A model generated the notes under the pieces. That model was given only the letters and a program-made list of their open reading frames with translations. It was not told where the DNA came from and ran no database searches. Positions 1-12,652 of a DNA stretch of 64,000 bases are shown in pieces (position 1 is the first letter of the stretch; each line of letters begins with the position of its first letter). The DNA lies in NCBI GenBank assembly GCA_025603075.1, contig MU626366.1, forward strand, positions 1-64,000. Reading direction: 5' to 3'. Source of the DNA: Neoconidiobolus thromboides FSU 785. Taxonomy: Eukaryota > Fungi > Entomophthoromycota. The translations under genes were made by a program, and so were the position numbers.

Positions 1-297
1 GCTGCTCAAAAAGCTCAAAACAATTTAATTCCTGCTGCTTTTAATTCAAATCAAACACCTGAAATTGTTATTTCTAATGTTGTTGTAGCTTCAAATACTC
101 CACTTGGTAAATACTCTGGTCAATTCAACATCAAAACAAATCAATATCAATGTATTGAAGGTGCTATGTATTGTGATTATTATGGATATGGGTTTTGGAC
201 TTGTGCTGAAGGTACTTGGGTTTATCGTAATTGTGGTCCAGGTACTACATGTATTGAGAATAATGGTAGCCTTTATTGTGGATATCCTCAATCTTAA
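1..297 (+). CDS. C-terminal part of a probably secreted protein ending in a Cys-rich chitin-binding module (CBM19-like); 5' end outside window
   Basis: Frame +1 open from base 1 to TAA 295-297: ...YQCIEGAMYCDYYGYGFWTCAEGTWVYRNCGPGTTCIENNGSLYCGYPQS*. The C-x6-C...F-x-x-C-x-x-G-x-W...C-G-P-G-T-x-C pattern resembles fungal CBM19. Confidence 0.6.
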   Translation, partial: AAQKAQNNLIPAAFNSNQTPEIVISNVVVASNTPLGKYSGQFNIKTNQYQCIEGAMYCDYYGYGFWTCAEGTWVYRNCGPGTTCIENNGSLYCGYPQS

Positions 298-525
298 CTT
301 GCTAATAAATAATTTATCAATAATTTTGATTTTTTTTTTCATATAGAGAACTTAGGCTATGGCCTTAAGTTTAATAGTGGCATACTTAATCACAGAGTTT
401 TGATAACAGTAACATTGAAACATGATTTATCCCGGATTTTATAGTGTTTACTAATTTCATAAAAAGTCGCTATATAATTAGTAGTATAGTAGTCTTTTAA
501 ACAAAACAATCTATGATAGCAGCAT

Positions 526-618
526 GTGACATCTTTTTTGGTTTCATATTTTTTCTATTTTTAAGCGCTATTGGGTTGAAAAACGATAGCAAATTTCTTG
601 AACAAAAAAGACGTCCTC
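526..618 (+). mobile_element. Decayed copy of the ~98-bp MITE
   Basis: GTGACATCTTTTTTGGTTTCAT...TTAAGCGCTATTGGGTTGAAAA...AACAAAAAAGACGTCCTC aligns with the family consensus; termini degenerate. Confidence 0.7.
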
Positions 619-1197
619 GTATATTAAGAGTTTGATCATAGTTTTGTAAGTTATTAAATATCTATCATTTTAATCTTACTAATCAGGACGATTTTGTTTT
701 TAAAGCATTATTTCAAACTAGTATTACAAATACTGTGAATACTATAAATATAGAAAATAACACTAGTCTTTTATTATTATTTTACTTTTATAAATTTTAA
801 TCTATTTACGATTTTTTTACTTATTTGTTTTTAATGTTTCATCTCATTTTTCAATAAAAATTTGTTGCTTGACTTTGATTATGTATCAATGATATAGTAT
901 AAACTCCACATATTTAAGAAACCACTACTAATATCTATTTATATATGTCATTATAAAAGATAGTGTATAATAGATACTTGAATTAAACTAAAAATAGTTT
1001 CTAAACTCTCATGTTGATAAATGATTGAACAGAAGTTATTTAAAACATTTAAAAGAGATCAGCAAATCCATATTATTGGCTCTACTTGAATAACAATTTA
1101 TTATTAGTAAAATTCCAAATAAAAAGAATTCTTTAGGTGGCACATTCGTATAAAAATAATAATACTAAAAGGTTTTTTATTTTATATTAAATTCATC

Positions 1198-2612
1198 ATG
1201 TCGTCTACCTTACAAGTTAAAAAAATAAAATGCCGCTATCAAAACTATGCCTGGGGGAAGAAGGGCGCTAGCTCAAAGGTCTTTGATCTTTTAAAACCTC
1301 TTCATTGTGAAAATCCAGACCAGAATTTGCCATTTGCTGAAGTAAGTATTTAAAACTAGTTAGCAGTTTACTTTATATACTATTTATAGTAAATCAAAGT
1401 AAACAAATATTTATATGTTGTTTGTTAGTTATGGCTTGGAACTCATCCAAATGCACCATCTTTCCTTACAAATTCTGATGGATCAGGGAACTGTTTAAGA
1501 GAAGAGATAAGCTCAAATCCAGAACAATATCTCGGCACAAAAGTTTTTGAAAAGTTTGGTAATGATTTACCCTTTTTACTAAAAGTTTTATCTGTTGGTA
1601 CTGCATTATCGATTCAAGCTCACCCAGATAAAGAATTAGGCGCCCGATTACATCAAGAGCGTCCAGATTTATATAAAGATCCTAATCATAAGCCTGAGAT
1701 GACAATCGCTCTTACTAAATTTGAAGCCTTAAATGGATTCCGTCCATTAAATGAAATAGCAACTTTTTTAAAAGTTGCAGAATTGAGAGCTTTAATTGGT
1801 GAGGAAACAGCAAGTAATTTTGAGTCCAAAATTAAATCACAATCAAATAACGGTGAAGATTCACCACTCAAAGAAGTCTTCAAAGCTTTAATGACGAGTC
1901 CAGAAGAAAAAGTTAAAGAACAGCTTTCAAGCCTTGTAAAAAGAATTGAAACTACACAACCTTTTGACCCAGTTTTAAATGAATTAATCATACGTATAAA
2001 TAGTCAATACCCAGGGGACGTTGGTGTATTTTGTATCTTTTTCTTAAATTACTGTATTTTACATCCAGGACAAGCTGCATTTTTATGCGCCAATGAACCC
2101 CATGCTTATCTTTCTGGAGGTAATAATATATCATTAATCTAGGTTAAAATTTAATTTAATTCAATATTCTAGATTGTGTAGAATGTATGGCCACCAGTGA
2201 TAATGTAGTTAGAGCAGGCCTTACACCAAAGTTTAAAGATGTTAATGTGCTTGTAAACATGTTAACATACAAGGCTGAATCCAATGAAAAGCAAAAGATG
2301 AATGGTACTAAAATTGAAGGGCATCTTTACACTGTGCTTTATGATCCACCTATACCTGAGTTTTCAGTTGCTTCGATTACCCTCCCGAATTCTGGACTTA
2401 CTGAAACTGTTACTCCTGTTGATGGGCCTGGAATATTATTAGTTACCAATGCATCGGAAGGAGCCAAGCTTATAGTTGATGGAAGTAATGATAGTTTCCT
2501 TTTAACAAAGGGGTCTTCTTTTTTCATTCCACCTAATACCAAGTTTAGCATTACTAACCCAAGTAGTAATAGCTCAACATTAACTTCCTTCTTTGCTTAT
2601 TGTACTGTGTAA
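1198..2612 (+). CDS. PMI40: Mannose-6-phosphate isomerase (type I PMI), 3 exons
   Basis: MSSTLQVKKIKCRYQNYAWGK...PFAE|LWLGTHPN...FLLKVLSVGTALSIQAHPDK...YKDPNHKPEM...EPHAYLSG|DCVECMATSDNVVRAGLTPK. Introns 1342-1428 and 2120-2172. Confidence 0.97.
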
Positions 2613-2725
2613 TTATTTACTTAATAAAATTTATCTTTTCAAAAGAATGAAAATTCAAAAACTAAAAATAAAAGACAAATTATATATAATATTTTATCAC
2701 GAATAAATAGCCTTTGATTTATTTA

Positions 2726-3784
2726 CTACCATAATTTATACTGAACACTAGTACCATTAAATTTGTCCGGATGTACAACTTTAATATCTATTTCATCTTC
2801 ATTAATAGATTCTCGCGGAGTGACATCGGCGTTAGTATCATTTGCCAAACGAGGATTCAATAATAAACGATAATTTAAAGCATCATTTAAAACACTAGAA
2901 TTAATTTCATTATCACTCAAATTACTTTCATCTCTAAGTAGACCCAGATTTGAACTATTTTCAGTCATTGTTTTATTATATAAATAAGCCCAAGAAGTAA
3001 TAATACTAAAAGCGTTTAAATCTTTTAAACATGCCTTAAGAATGGCTACAAACTCTAGTTGTGCTAAATAGTATTGATTTTTTGCTATCTCTCTTACTCC
3101 AAATTTAGTCCCCCAATAATACTGCGTAATACTATCAATGACTATAATATTTGTTGCAGGTAATTCTTGGTTTTGTTGATTACTAAAGTTATAAGCAGAC
3201 GAGAAATGAGCTAAGGTATCGGTAAGATCATAAAAGCTAGTTGGCGAATAGATGAATAAATTTTTTAAGCTATTTTTAGCAGTATCTTGAATTAATTTTA
3301 GAGGAATCCATGGTTCTTGATTTAAGTTTTCATTTTGAGTGTTTATTTTATACCCTTTATTTTCCAAATATCTTACTAAATATTGACATATTTTATCATA
3401 AAAGAACAGTATATCAAAGCATAAATCTCCATCAAAATAGAAAGCTTTAGAGTCGTAGCCATTTAGCAAAATGTCCTGTTGCCAATAAAGCTTTGTTGGG
3501 ATAATCGTACGTATTATAATTTCTTTCAGCAATATGCTTTTACCTGAGCCACTTTTTCCTATTAACTCTATAATATCTCCTACCACTACTCCTTTCTCAT
3601 TAAATAAAGTGGAATCTATATCCTGAATGCCTAAGTGACGATGCTGAGATGAAGTGACGGTATTAAAAGCATCGATAAAAGTGAAGTTCTAAAGATGGTT
3701 ATTATAAAATTGACAGTCATATTATAAACCTACTCGATTTAAAGATTCAATAGTAATTTTATTAAATTGTTTTGATATATCCAT
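2726..3784 (-). CDS. XRCC2: RAD51-paralog DNA repair protein, XRCC2-like
   Basis: Exon 1 MDISKQFNKITIESLNR splices in phase 0 to NFTFIDAF...GDIIELIGKSGSGKS (Walker A)...FYFDGDLCFDIL...IIVIDSITQYYW (Walker B). The layout matches the XRCC2 subfamily. Confidence 0.75.
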
Positions 3785-4022
3785 AATAATTAAATAAATT
3801 AAATTAAATTAAATTACTTAGAATTTAAGTTTAAGTCACTAAAATGATTTGTCACTTAAAATTTCAAACAAATAATTTGAAAGTAAATTTATAGTGATGA
3901 AAAGCAATAAGCATATAATTTGATAATATAACAAATTAAGCTGTACAAAACATTACTTGATTTTGGTCGAAAAAGCCCTTCTCTTTTAACCAAGTGATAT
4001 AGCTTGAAATTTAGTTATACAA

Positions 4023-4788
4023 ATGGCTCCTAAAACTAAGTCTGGTAGGTGAATTTTTAATTTATAACTATAAAGCCAAACGAAGAAGATATAATATACA
4101 AAAAGAAGTAATAAAATAGAGGAAACATATGTTGAAGTAATACTCACTAAGAGATAGATAAAGAATATTAGATGGATGCATCACATATGATAGAACAAAA
4201 TAGGACAATTGTAAAAAATAGATTCAACAATTTTGGCGAAAAAATATTAAAAATTTAAATCTTTATTCAATAATTAAATTAAGATAACTAGCTCCAAAGA
4301 AGATTGTCTCTGAAGAAAAAAAGCAAGCTATTGCTGCTAAAAAAGCTTCTCAAAAGGGAACCAATACCACTGGTACCCGTAAAGTACGTACCACTACTTC
4401 TTTCCGTCGCCCAAAGACCCTTAAACTTAGACGTAACCCTCTTTACCCACGTATCTCTGTTCCAAAAGAACAAAGACTTGATCAATACACTGTAATTAAG
4501 AAACCTCTTAACTCAGAAAGTGCCATGAAAAAGATTGAAAATCATAACACTTTAGTTTTCATCACTGATGTACGTGCCAACAAAGCTCAAATTAAATTAG
4601 CTGTAAAGAAACTTTACGAAGTTGAGGTTGTCAAGGTTAACACCCTTATTCGTCCAGATGGTCAAAAGAAAGCTTTTGTCCGTCTTTCTCCAGACCAAGA
4701 AGCTCTTGATGTTGCTAACAGAGTATGTTTTTTTTACATTTATTTTTAGTCTTCTTCTAATAATTATTTCTAGATTGGCCTCATTTAA
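4023..4788 (+). CDS. RPL25: 60S ribosomal protein uL23 (L23a/L25), 3 exons
   Basis: MAPKTKS|APKK...[25 protein letters not shown]...[31 protein letters not shown]...[16 protein letters not shown]...ANR|IGLI*. Introns 4045-4291 and 4723-4773. Confidence 0.98.
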
Positions 4789-4924
4789 ATTAAATAAAAT
4801 TATGGAGCTACTAAATTAAAATAATAGTAATTTATAAAGTTTGTTTTGTAAGTTTAATTGTCGAATTATGTATGAATTTGTGGCGATTTCAGTTTTATTT
4901 TTATAAATATGTTTTAATATTTAG

Positions 4925-5243
4925 GTTTGGAAGTTTTATTTATTAATCCAAAGGAACAGTTTATTCAAATCTCGACTGAGGAATTTCTAGATTCATAAAA
5001 GATGATATATAAAAATGTTTTAGTTACGGGACAATTTGAAAGCAGATAAATTAAATAAGAATCACTGATAGAAAGTGATTGGGATTCAATTAGAGATTCT
5101 ATATAGCAAAATTCATTATAAAAGTAAGGGATATTACTTAAATAGATATAACAAAAAGACGAAGTCATCTTTTTGGTTAAAATTTTATTGAAACCATTTC
5201 TTCAAGACTTTTTTAGAGCCTATATAACCTGCTTAAATCACAT
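4925..5243 (+). pseudogene. Possible decayed exon of an unidentified gene
   Basis: Bounded by TTTAG acceptor (4924) and ATG|GTAAGT donor (5244). One frame reads LEVLFINPKEQFIQISTEEFLDS*...KDEVIFLVKILLKPFLQDFFRAYITCLNHM with about 8 in-frame TAA/TAG. Confidence 0.3.
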
Positions 5244-5501
5244 GGTAAGTTTACTTAATTTAAGAGCTTTGTTTCTTAATTGAAATAATTATTTATACAC
5301 AGCTCGATATATAAAAACATAAAAATACAAGAATTTTAATAAGCTTCTCGTTAAACTAAATTAATAAATTAAGTGTCAATTTATTGTAACTTTAACCAAT
5401 TTAGTATTATAAATTCATTCATCTTATATATATAATTGTGAAAAATAATAATCCTGTATAGCTTTACAGTTAGTTCTTGGATTTATAACAATTTAAGATA
5501 T

Positions 5502-5599
5502 GGGGATGTTTTTTTTATTTCATTACTTTTTTCATCTTTCAAGCACTATTTAAGTGGAAAGATTGTTAATAAAATTCTTAAACACAAAAATACATCCTC
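5502..5599 (+). mobile_element. MITE copy
   Basis: ATAT|GGGGATGTTTTTTTT...AAGCACTATTTAAGTGGAAAG...AAAAATACATCCTC|ATGT. Confidence 0.9.
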
Positions 5600-6698
5600 A
5601 TGTTTATTTTATTAGTAAATTTAAGTTCTGAGAGAAATATGAAATGAAGGAAACTTGGAGCTCCTTGGGTACACTAAAGTGTTAACTTTTTATAAACTTG
5701 CAATTAAATTAAAATTAGTTATTATAGAACTTGTCATCATTTAAGTTTCGCTTATCCCTTATTTTTACAAATTTAAATATAGCTAATAAAAAGGAATATT
5801 ATATTGAAAGATTTAAATAAAAAATTAGTGGCTTTTGCTTACTAAAATGAATTTGTTTTAAAGCAATAAATTAAAAGAATCAGTATTATGTTTAATCTTA
5901 TTTAATAAGTATACATTAGTATCATTCCTTTTTTAATATATTACATAATATTTTTTACTATTGTAAGTGAATTTGCCATAATAATTTGATGTTTGTGCAT
6001 TATTCAATTGTCTTGAGTTATCATAATATTGGAAATCAAATATACTATTTCTATCAGTTTAATTTTAAACTGAAGTTAAAGCTCACATTAAGATAAGTTT
6101 TAATAGCATTATAGGTATGATCACGTGCCTATGGTTATATTATTATCGGAATAGTAACTTTGTTTGGGTTACCTACTAAAAACATAAACTGTATTTAATA
6201 ACTCTAATTAATAACCTCACACAATACATTTGTATAGAAATACTTAAAGAGGATGCATGAAACTATATACTTGGAAATTTGTCCTAATAAAAGGCAGATA
6301 GTAGTTTAGTTCAACATTACCTCAAAATTAAGCTTAAATTTTAAGATTAACTATAATATGATGTAAAAAAATGAAAAAATCAACTTAGATAAATCCTATA
6401 GGTACTTCTCTACTAGTGACAAACTGCGTCTATACAGTGACACTTATCCAGATTGAATTTCTAAAAATTTCAAAATTTCAAAATTTCAAAGGCAGAGACT
6501 ACATGTTCTTTTTGGCTGAGTTATATTTTTTAACTGCTACTGGTCTTTTAGTTCTTTTAGTAACCTTATCTTGACCATATTCCATTCGTTTTTGAGTTTT
6601 TGTTTTCTTAAAATCAACCAGACTTTTTAGAAACTAATTACGATATTCTTGATAAATATTAGTCTCTTGATACTAAAAATTATTATTAATTATTATAT

Positions 6699-6796
6699 GG
6701 GGATGTGTTTTTTAGTATCATTACTTTTCCATTTTTCAAACGTTGTTTAAGTGAAAAAACCGCTACTAGAATTCTTAGACAAAAAAATACATTCTC
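6699..6796 (+). mobile_element. MITE copy
   Basis: ATAT|GGGGATGTGTTTTTT...AACGTTGTTTAAGTGAAAA...AAAAATACATTCTC|ATAA. Confidence 0.88.
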
Positions 6797-7319
6797 ATAA
6801 TAAATGGGTTATTTGATAAAATTGAAATGTTTTTATTGTAAAAGCAAACAATCATATATGTTTAAGCGCTAATGCTATTTTTACAAAACTGTTGCATTTT
6901 CTTTTTCAATATTTATTTTTTACAAAATATAAAATTAAAAAACTTATTAGTAGATTAATGAACAAAAAAGAAAATATCACTTTATTAATTAAACTGAAAA
7001 TTGATATTAATGAACGAAAATGATATATATTATATATATTATATATATTATAGTTTGTCATGAAAAAATTTACATTAAAATATATAATTTTAAACGGTAA
7101 TAATATATCCATTAATGGTTCGAAAGTTATTTAAAACTTAATTATATAAGTAATTTTAAATTAACTAAAAAACAATCAGATTGCTTACATATTCTCTTTT
7201 AATTGGACATTATTGATCTAACCAATCAAACCATAGGATAAAATTAACAATTTATTAAACAAACAAAACTCATTCTCAACAATCATTTTTTATTTCAATA
7301 AGATAAAAGATAGAGAAAA

Positions 7320-8079
7320 ATGAGATTAATCACTTTGATATTAACCGTTAGCTTGTTCTTAAGTTATGTATTATCCTTTGATAATTTAGATCATCAAATT
7401 TTTGAATTACAAGATGAATTAGTTAAACAAGAGGGTACTGAAAGTAATTTATATAAGTTATTAAATTCCAATATGGATGATACAGCCAAACGTATATCTC
7501 GTAATTTTAGAAAGGTTTCTTTATCTGTACAGTAAGTATTTTATTTATTCTTTTTTTTCATATAGGAAAATAATAATATAATTAATTTATAGTCCAGATA
7601 AAGATAATAGTGAAAAAGCAACCAAAAAATTTGCATTATTAGGAAACGCTCATAAGCTATTAAAAGTAGCTCATAGCAGAGAAAGATATGATTTTTATTT
7701 AAAAAATGGGTTTCCTGTATGGCGAGGTACTGGTTATATGTATAAAAGACATCGCCCTGGATTTATCTTTGTTATCTTGTTTTTATTTTCTTTATCTTGT
7801 GGTACTCATTATTTAATATTAAAAATCAATTATATTCGTAAAAAAGAAAGGATCAGTAATATTTTGGAAGATCATAAAAAAGAGTTAAGTGCTAGAGATG
7901 CTAGAAAACTTCAAGAACAAATTGATAGAGATCCTTCCATTCCTAATGATGAAAGTATTTTACCTAATGAATTCGATGTGTTACAGTTACATGAACCTAC
8001 CTACCATGATATCTTTATCTTTCGTTTATTAGGGAGCTCATCTGCTAAACAATCCAAAGTCAGTGACAAAAAAGAATAA
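7320..8079 (+). CDS. ERJ5: ER-membrane J-domain protein (Erj5-like), 2 exons
   Basis: Signal peptide MRLITLILTVSLFLSYVLS, FDNLDHQIFELQDEL, J-domain with HPD rebuilt across intron 7532-7592 (SVH|PDKD), RERYDFYLKNGFPVWRGTGYMYKRHRPG, then a TM helix. Confidence 0.85.
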
Positions 8080-8194
8080 AAAATAAAAGGACATTCTACC
8101 CTATATTTGTATTCATTTTTAATTATGTTAAATTTTAAATGTGATAAAAATTGACTTATATTAAAATGTATTTTATTTATTTTATCCAAATAAT

Positions 8195-9720
8195 CTAAAG
8201 GTTAGCAATCACAGCTTTAGTAAAATCAGTGGTAGAACTATTACCACCCATATCAGGGGTTCTAACACGAGCATCTTCAATAGTTTTATAAACAGCATTA
8301 GAAATTTGATTAGCTTGCTGTTCTAAATTTAAATGACGTAACATAAGAACTGAAGATAAAATCATAGAAGTTGGATTAGCAGTATTCATTCCTTGAATAT
8401 CTTTACCAACATGACGACATCCCTATAGAAATTGAAATTGATAAATGAATGCATTTAAATTAATTGATATAAAATAAATAAAACTTACTGGTTCAAAGAT
8501 AGCAAAATCACGACCAAAATTAGATCCAGGAATAATACCTGGTCCACCGACTAAAGCAGCACCAATATTAGATAAAATATTACCATATAAATTTGGGGTA
8601 ACAACAACATCAAATTGTTGTGGTTTAGCTACCATTTGCATAGATGCATTATCAACAATCATGTCTTGGAATTGAATGCCACTAGATTTATATTCTTCAG
8701 CAACAGCACGACAAGTTTTTAAGAAAAGACCATCACCGAGTTTCCTATTTTAGGAATAAGTGGGTTAGTAAATGTTTTTTTAGGATACACTAGCGTAACT
8801 TACATAATATTAGCTTTATGAATACAAGTAACCTTCTTACGTCCATTACGTAAAGCAAAATCAAAAGCAAATCTAGCAATACGTTCTGATTTCTCACGAG
8901 TAATAACTTTAAGGGATTCAACAACACCTGGGTAAGACTATAATAATTTTTTTAAAAATTAATATTTGTACAAATTATTTTCACTTATATTTAAACTTAC
9001 TTGATGTTCTAAACCAGAATATTCACCTTCGGTATTTTCACGAATAATAGCAAAATCAATACCAGAAAGACGAGAATTAAGATTTGGCATATTTTTACAT
9101 AATACAACAGAAGCATAAATATCTAATTCTTTACGTAAAGTTACGTTGAATGAAACTGGTTCAAGTCTAGAAACTGGGGTATAAAGGATACCTAAATTCC
9201 ATTAAAATAAATTATTAGTATCAATATTACAATTCCATTTCAATTATTATAATTTATATATTATTAAAATAATAGTTACCCTTAAGTCCAACCTTATTAC
9301 GACGAAGGGATTCTAAAGATTGTTGAAAAAGAGTATCTTTATCAGAAGTAAATCCAGATACATCAAACTCTTCAAACTCAACTGGTACATTAGTTTCTTT
9401 AAAAATTGATTTTACTGAATCAGCAGTTTCATGACCAATACCATCCCCTGGAATTAAAGTAACAGTATATTTTCCTCCAGCTTTATTACCGAAACTTTCC
9501 TATAAAAAAAGAAAAAGTTACTATTGGAAAGAATAAATATTTATATAGACTTACACTAGCTTTTGGTAAATCAGAACCAGTAGCTACAGTTCCCATAGAA
9601 CGAGTAACAAAAGACTAAAATTAAAGATTAGTTTTATTTATTTATAATACAAATATCATTATTTAAATGAATTACTTTAATACTTGGAATACGTAATGAA
9701 GTTTTAACAATATTGATCAT
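8195..9720 (-). CDS. IDH1: NAD-dependent isocitrate dehydrogenase, mitochondrial regulatory subunit 1, multi-exon
   Basis: [15 protein letters not shown] presequence; [15 protein letters not shown]; [10 protein letters not shown]; [15 protein letters not shown]; [27 protein letters not shown]; [17 protein letters not shown]. Confidence 0.95.
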
Positions 9721-9832
9721 AATTGAATTATTTTCTTCAAAAGAAAGTAAAGTTTTAATATTTCTATTTTTTTAATTTATTAGTTTATTATCTCTAATTA
9801 ATTTTTTGGGTTGAATTATAATTTCGATTTTA

Positions 9833-9876
9833 ATTGGTTAAAATTAATCTGATAACTATTGGTTTGATACCATTGG
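9833..9876 (-). promoter_or_regulatory. Three CCAAT boxes in the IDH1 / mL46 divergent promoter
   Basis: ATTGG at 9833, 9858 and 9872, between two divergently transcribed mitochondrial genes. Confidence 0.45.
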
Positions 9877-10264
9877 TTATTGAAATGAAAGTATTTTGGT
9901 TGGTTGAAGATAAACTATATTTTTAGTTTTGGTAAAATGGGTAAATTTAGGCAATTTATTATAGTCATAATTCTATAATAATAATGATAATAATAGTAAC
10001 AATAAAAGTATTTTAAAACTTAATATTATCATTTTATAATATTATATTTAATTTTTATATCTTGATTTTTTATATTAAATTTAATAATATTCAAAAAAAC
10101 TTTTATTTTAAATTTTTGAGTCTTTAAAATAATATTAAAAAAATATACTATTAAAACTTTTGGATTGAATAAAAAAACAAGAAATTTTGGGATTTTTTTT
10201 GAACTAAAGTCTAATTTATATCTAACTTTTAGATTTTAAATTGTCAACAATTAATATTTCAATA

Positions 10265-10942
10265 ATGAAATTAAGTCCATTATTCAGTCCACGTTATCAA
10301 CAAATCCGTCAAATAAGCCTTCAATGTGGTGTAGTTATCTCACGTATTCCACAAATAACACGTCCATTAAATTCATTAGAATCTGCTTATTGGAATTATT
10401 TTGAACATCAAGTTGAATCGAATTCCACTCCATTTCCAGTAGAATTATATTTTAAAAAAGGATCTTTAAATGAACGATTATGGAATGAAAGACAAGTAGA
10501 AGGATATCAACCAGAAGAAGGTAAAGATATATTTGAAAGTGAATATAAAGGAAATGAGAGAATAAGTGAAGCAGATAAAAAGAATGATATTCAAAGTTTA
10601 GAAAGAAAGTTATCTGATAAGTTATATTTAGTAATTAAAAACAAACAAGAAAATCAATGGGTATTACCAGTGAAACAAGTAGATGATAACCAAATTGATA
10701 GTTTACAAGGGTTTGCTAAAGAATTGATGAAAGCTCAATTTGGTGATAATTTAGATTTATTTTGGGTGGGAAAAGCACCTATTGGTGTTATTAATCAAAC
10801 TACCTTCTTTATGAAAGCTCATATTTTAGCAGGGAAAATTGAAGAAAAAGAAAAGGATATAGAATACGCTTGGTTAAGTAAACAAGAAATTGAAGTTAAA
10901 ATGGATAAAGAATATTTTAATAAAATTAAAGATTTACTTTAA
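10265..10942 (+). CDS. MRPL17: Mitochondrial ribosomal protein mL46
   Basis: GVVISRIPQITRPLNSLESAYWNY; DIQSLERKLSDKLYLVIK...WVLP; FGDNLDLFWVGKAPIG; FFMKAHILAG (Nudix-like mL46 fold). First ATG at 10265. Confidence 0.88.
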   Translation: MKLSPLFSPRYQQIRQISLQCGVVISRIPQITRPLNSLESAYWNYFEHQVESNSTPFPVELYFKKGSLNERLWNERQVEGYQPEEGKDIFESEYKGNERISEADKKNDIQSLERKLSDKLYLVIKNKQENQWVLPVKQVDDNQIDSLQGFAKELMKAQFGDNLDLFWVGKAPIGVINQTTFFMKAHILAGKIEEKEKDIEYAWLSKQEIEVKMDKEYFNKIKDLL

Positions 10943-11046
10943 AACAAAGAACAAGTTTATTGTGAATGATAATAGAAAAATAAAAAAATAAAATTAGAAA
11001 TTTAATGTATATTATATATTATATATTATATATTGTGTATTCTTTT

Positions 11047-11528
11047 TTATTTTAGTTGAAATAAATATTGAAATTTACTATTATTAAATTGAATATTATT
11101 ATTAATTAACCAGTTATATTCTAATTGTATGTTATATTCTAATAATAAATTAAGTTCATAATAAAATAAAGTTAATAGTTGGTAATAACCACTTAATAAA
11201 GATTGATTATTATTATAAAATAATAATAGTTTATGAAATTTAACTAGAAAATGATTAAAATAATTAGTTATTATTATATTATTATTTAAATTTATAGTAT
11301 ATAATTGTTTGAATAAATAGTTTAAACTACAATAAATACCACTCTCATGGGGATTCGATTGTATAAATTGTAGTAAATTATTTAATTGAACTAATAATAA
11401 ATCAATATCCCATTGAATTAATTGAATTAATTTAAAATAATATAAATAATAATAATAATTTCTGTTAAAATGAAATTGTTGTTTGTTAGTTATTATTAAT
11501 TGTAACTCATTTAATAATAATAACTGTA

Positions 11529-11561
<33 letters not shown>

Positions 11562-12235
11562 GATAATTTGTATTTAAATCATTGTTTTGTAAAAGTAATT
11601 GTTGTATTATCCATTCTCTAATAATAATAATAATAATAGTAAATAAATAAATAGTTTATAAATTCTATTAACTAATTTAACAAAATTACCTATGGTGCCA
11701 AACAACGGATAATTTGGATATATTTCTAGATATACTTAATATTAAGTCAATGAAATTTAATTCATGTTTATATATATCTATTGAATTCTTAGATAATAAT
11801 AATTCTTTTCTATTTATAACAATATTAATAATAATATTAATAATAATATTTCATTAAAAACATAAATTTAACTTTACCTCATTCTATATCCTGAATAATA
11901 ATTTGGTTTTGATATTAATAATATTTTTAATAGTATATCATTTTTAATAAAATCTTGTTTATTAATATCAATTTCATTAATATTAATGTTTGAATAATAT
12001 TGTTTTATAGGTTCATGTAAATCATATAAACTAAGTTTGTAAATTCCTAACTTTTTTTCTAATTTATTAAATTTATAACATTCTTTTTCATTACTATTTA
12101 AATAAATTATTTGTATTATTATTCTATTATATAATATTGTTACCTAATCATTAAATAACCAATTTCATCAATTTCATTATCTTTTATAATTTCAAATAAT
12201 TTAAAAATCAAAGGCAATTGAAATAAACCATCCAT
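11047..12235 (-). CDS. PTAR1: Protein prenyltransferase alpha-subunit repeat protein (PTAR1-like), multi-exon, with poly-Q tract
   Basis: Not in the ORF track. MDGLFQLPLIFKLFEIIKDNEIDEIGY... KHELNFIDLILSISRNISKLSVVWHHR... poly-Q ... FIQSNPHESGIYCSLNYL. PPTA-repeat-like motifs with GT-AG introns. Confidence 0.65.
11530..11562 (-). repeat. (CAA)n microsatellite encoding poly-Gln in the PTAR1-like gene
   Basis: About 11 TTG units on the + strand. Confidence 0.95.
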
Positions 12236-12405
12236 AATTTAAAATAATAAAATAAAATAAAAATATTTAAAAATGAAAAGTTAAAAATTTAATAAATGTT
12301 TTATTCGAATTACTAAAAATAGTAATCCACTAATAAGAATTGCAGTATATCTATAATGTATTTATTATAAGAGAGAGGAAAAGACAAAATAAAAGTAATA
12401 TATTA

Positions 12406-12604
12406 TTATAAATAATCAATATTAATTTTATTTGACTTTAATAATCGATTAGAATGTGGATATGATCGATATAACCATTTGAATAATAAATTCAACTTAT
12501 TATTTAATGTTAACGGATGAATTAATTGATTATTACTATTAATTATTTGTTTAATATCTTGAACATCTTTTAACTGTTTTATAATTTCTTCATCTTCTTC
12601 TTCT

Positions 12605-12652
<48 letters not shown>

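Noticed and set aside
3894-3990. GTGATGA box C-like motif upstream of RPL25
   Set aside because: No box D (CTGA) or terminal stem at a suitable distance.
6340-6680. Minus-strand frame ...MEYGQDKVTKRTKRPVAVKKY... resembling a kinase VAVK motif, with an (AAATTTCA)x3 repeat
   Set aside because: Several stops, no Gly-rich loop, HRD or DFG motif; similarity too short to support a kinase pseudogene.
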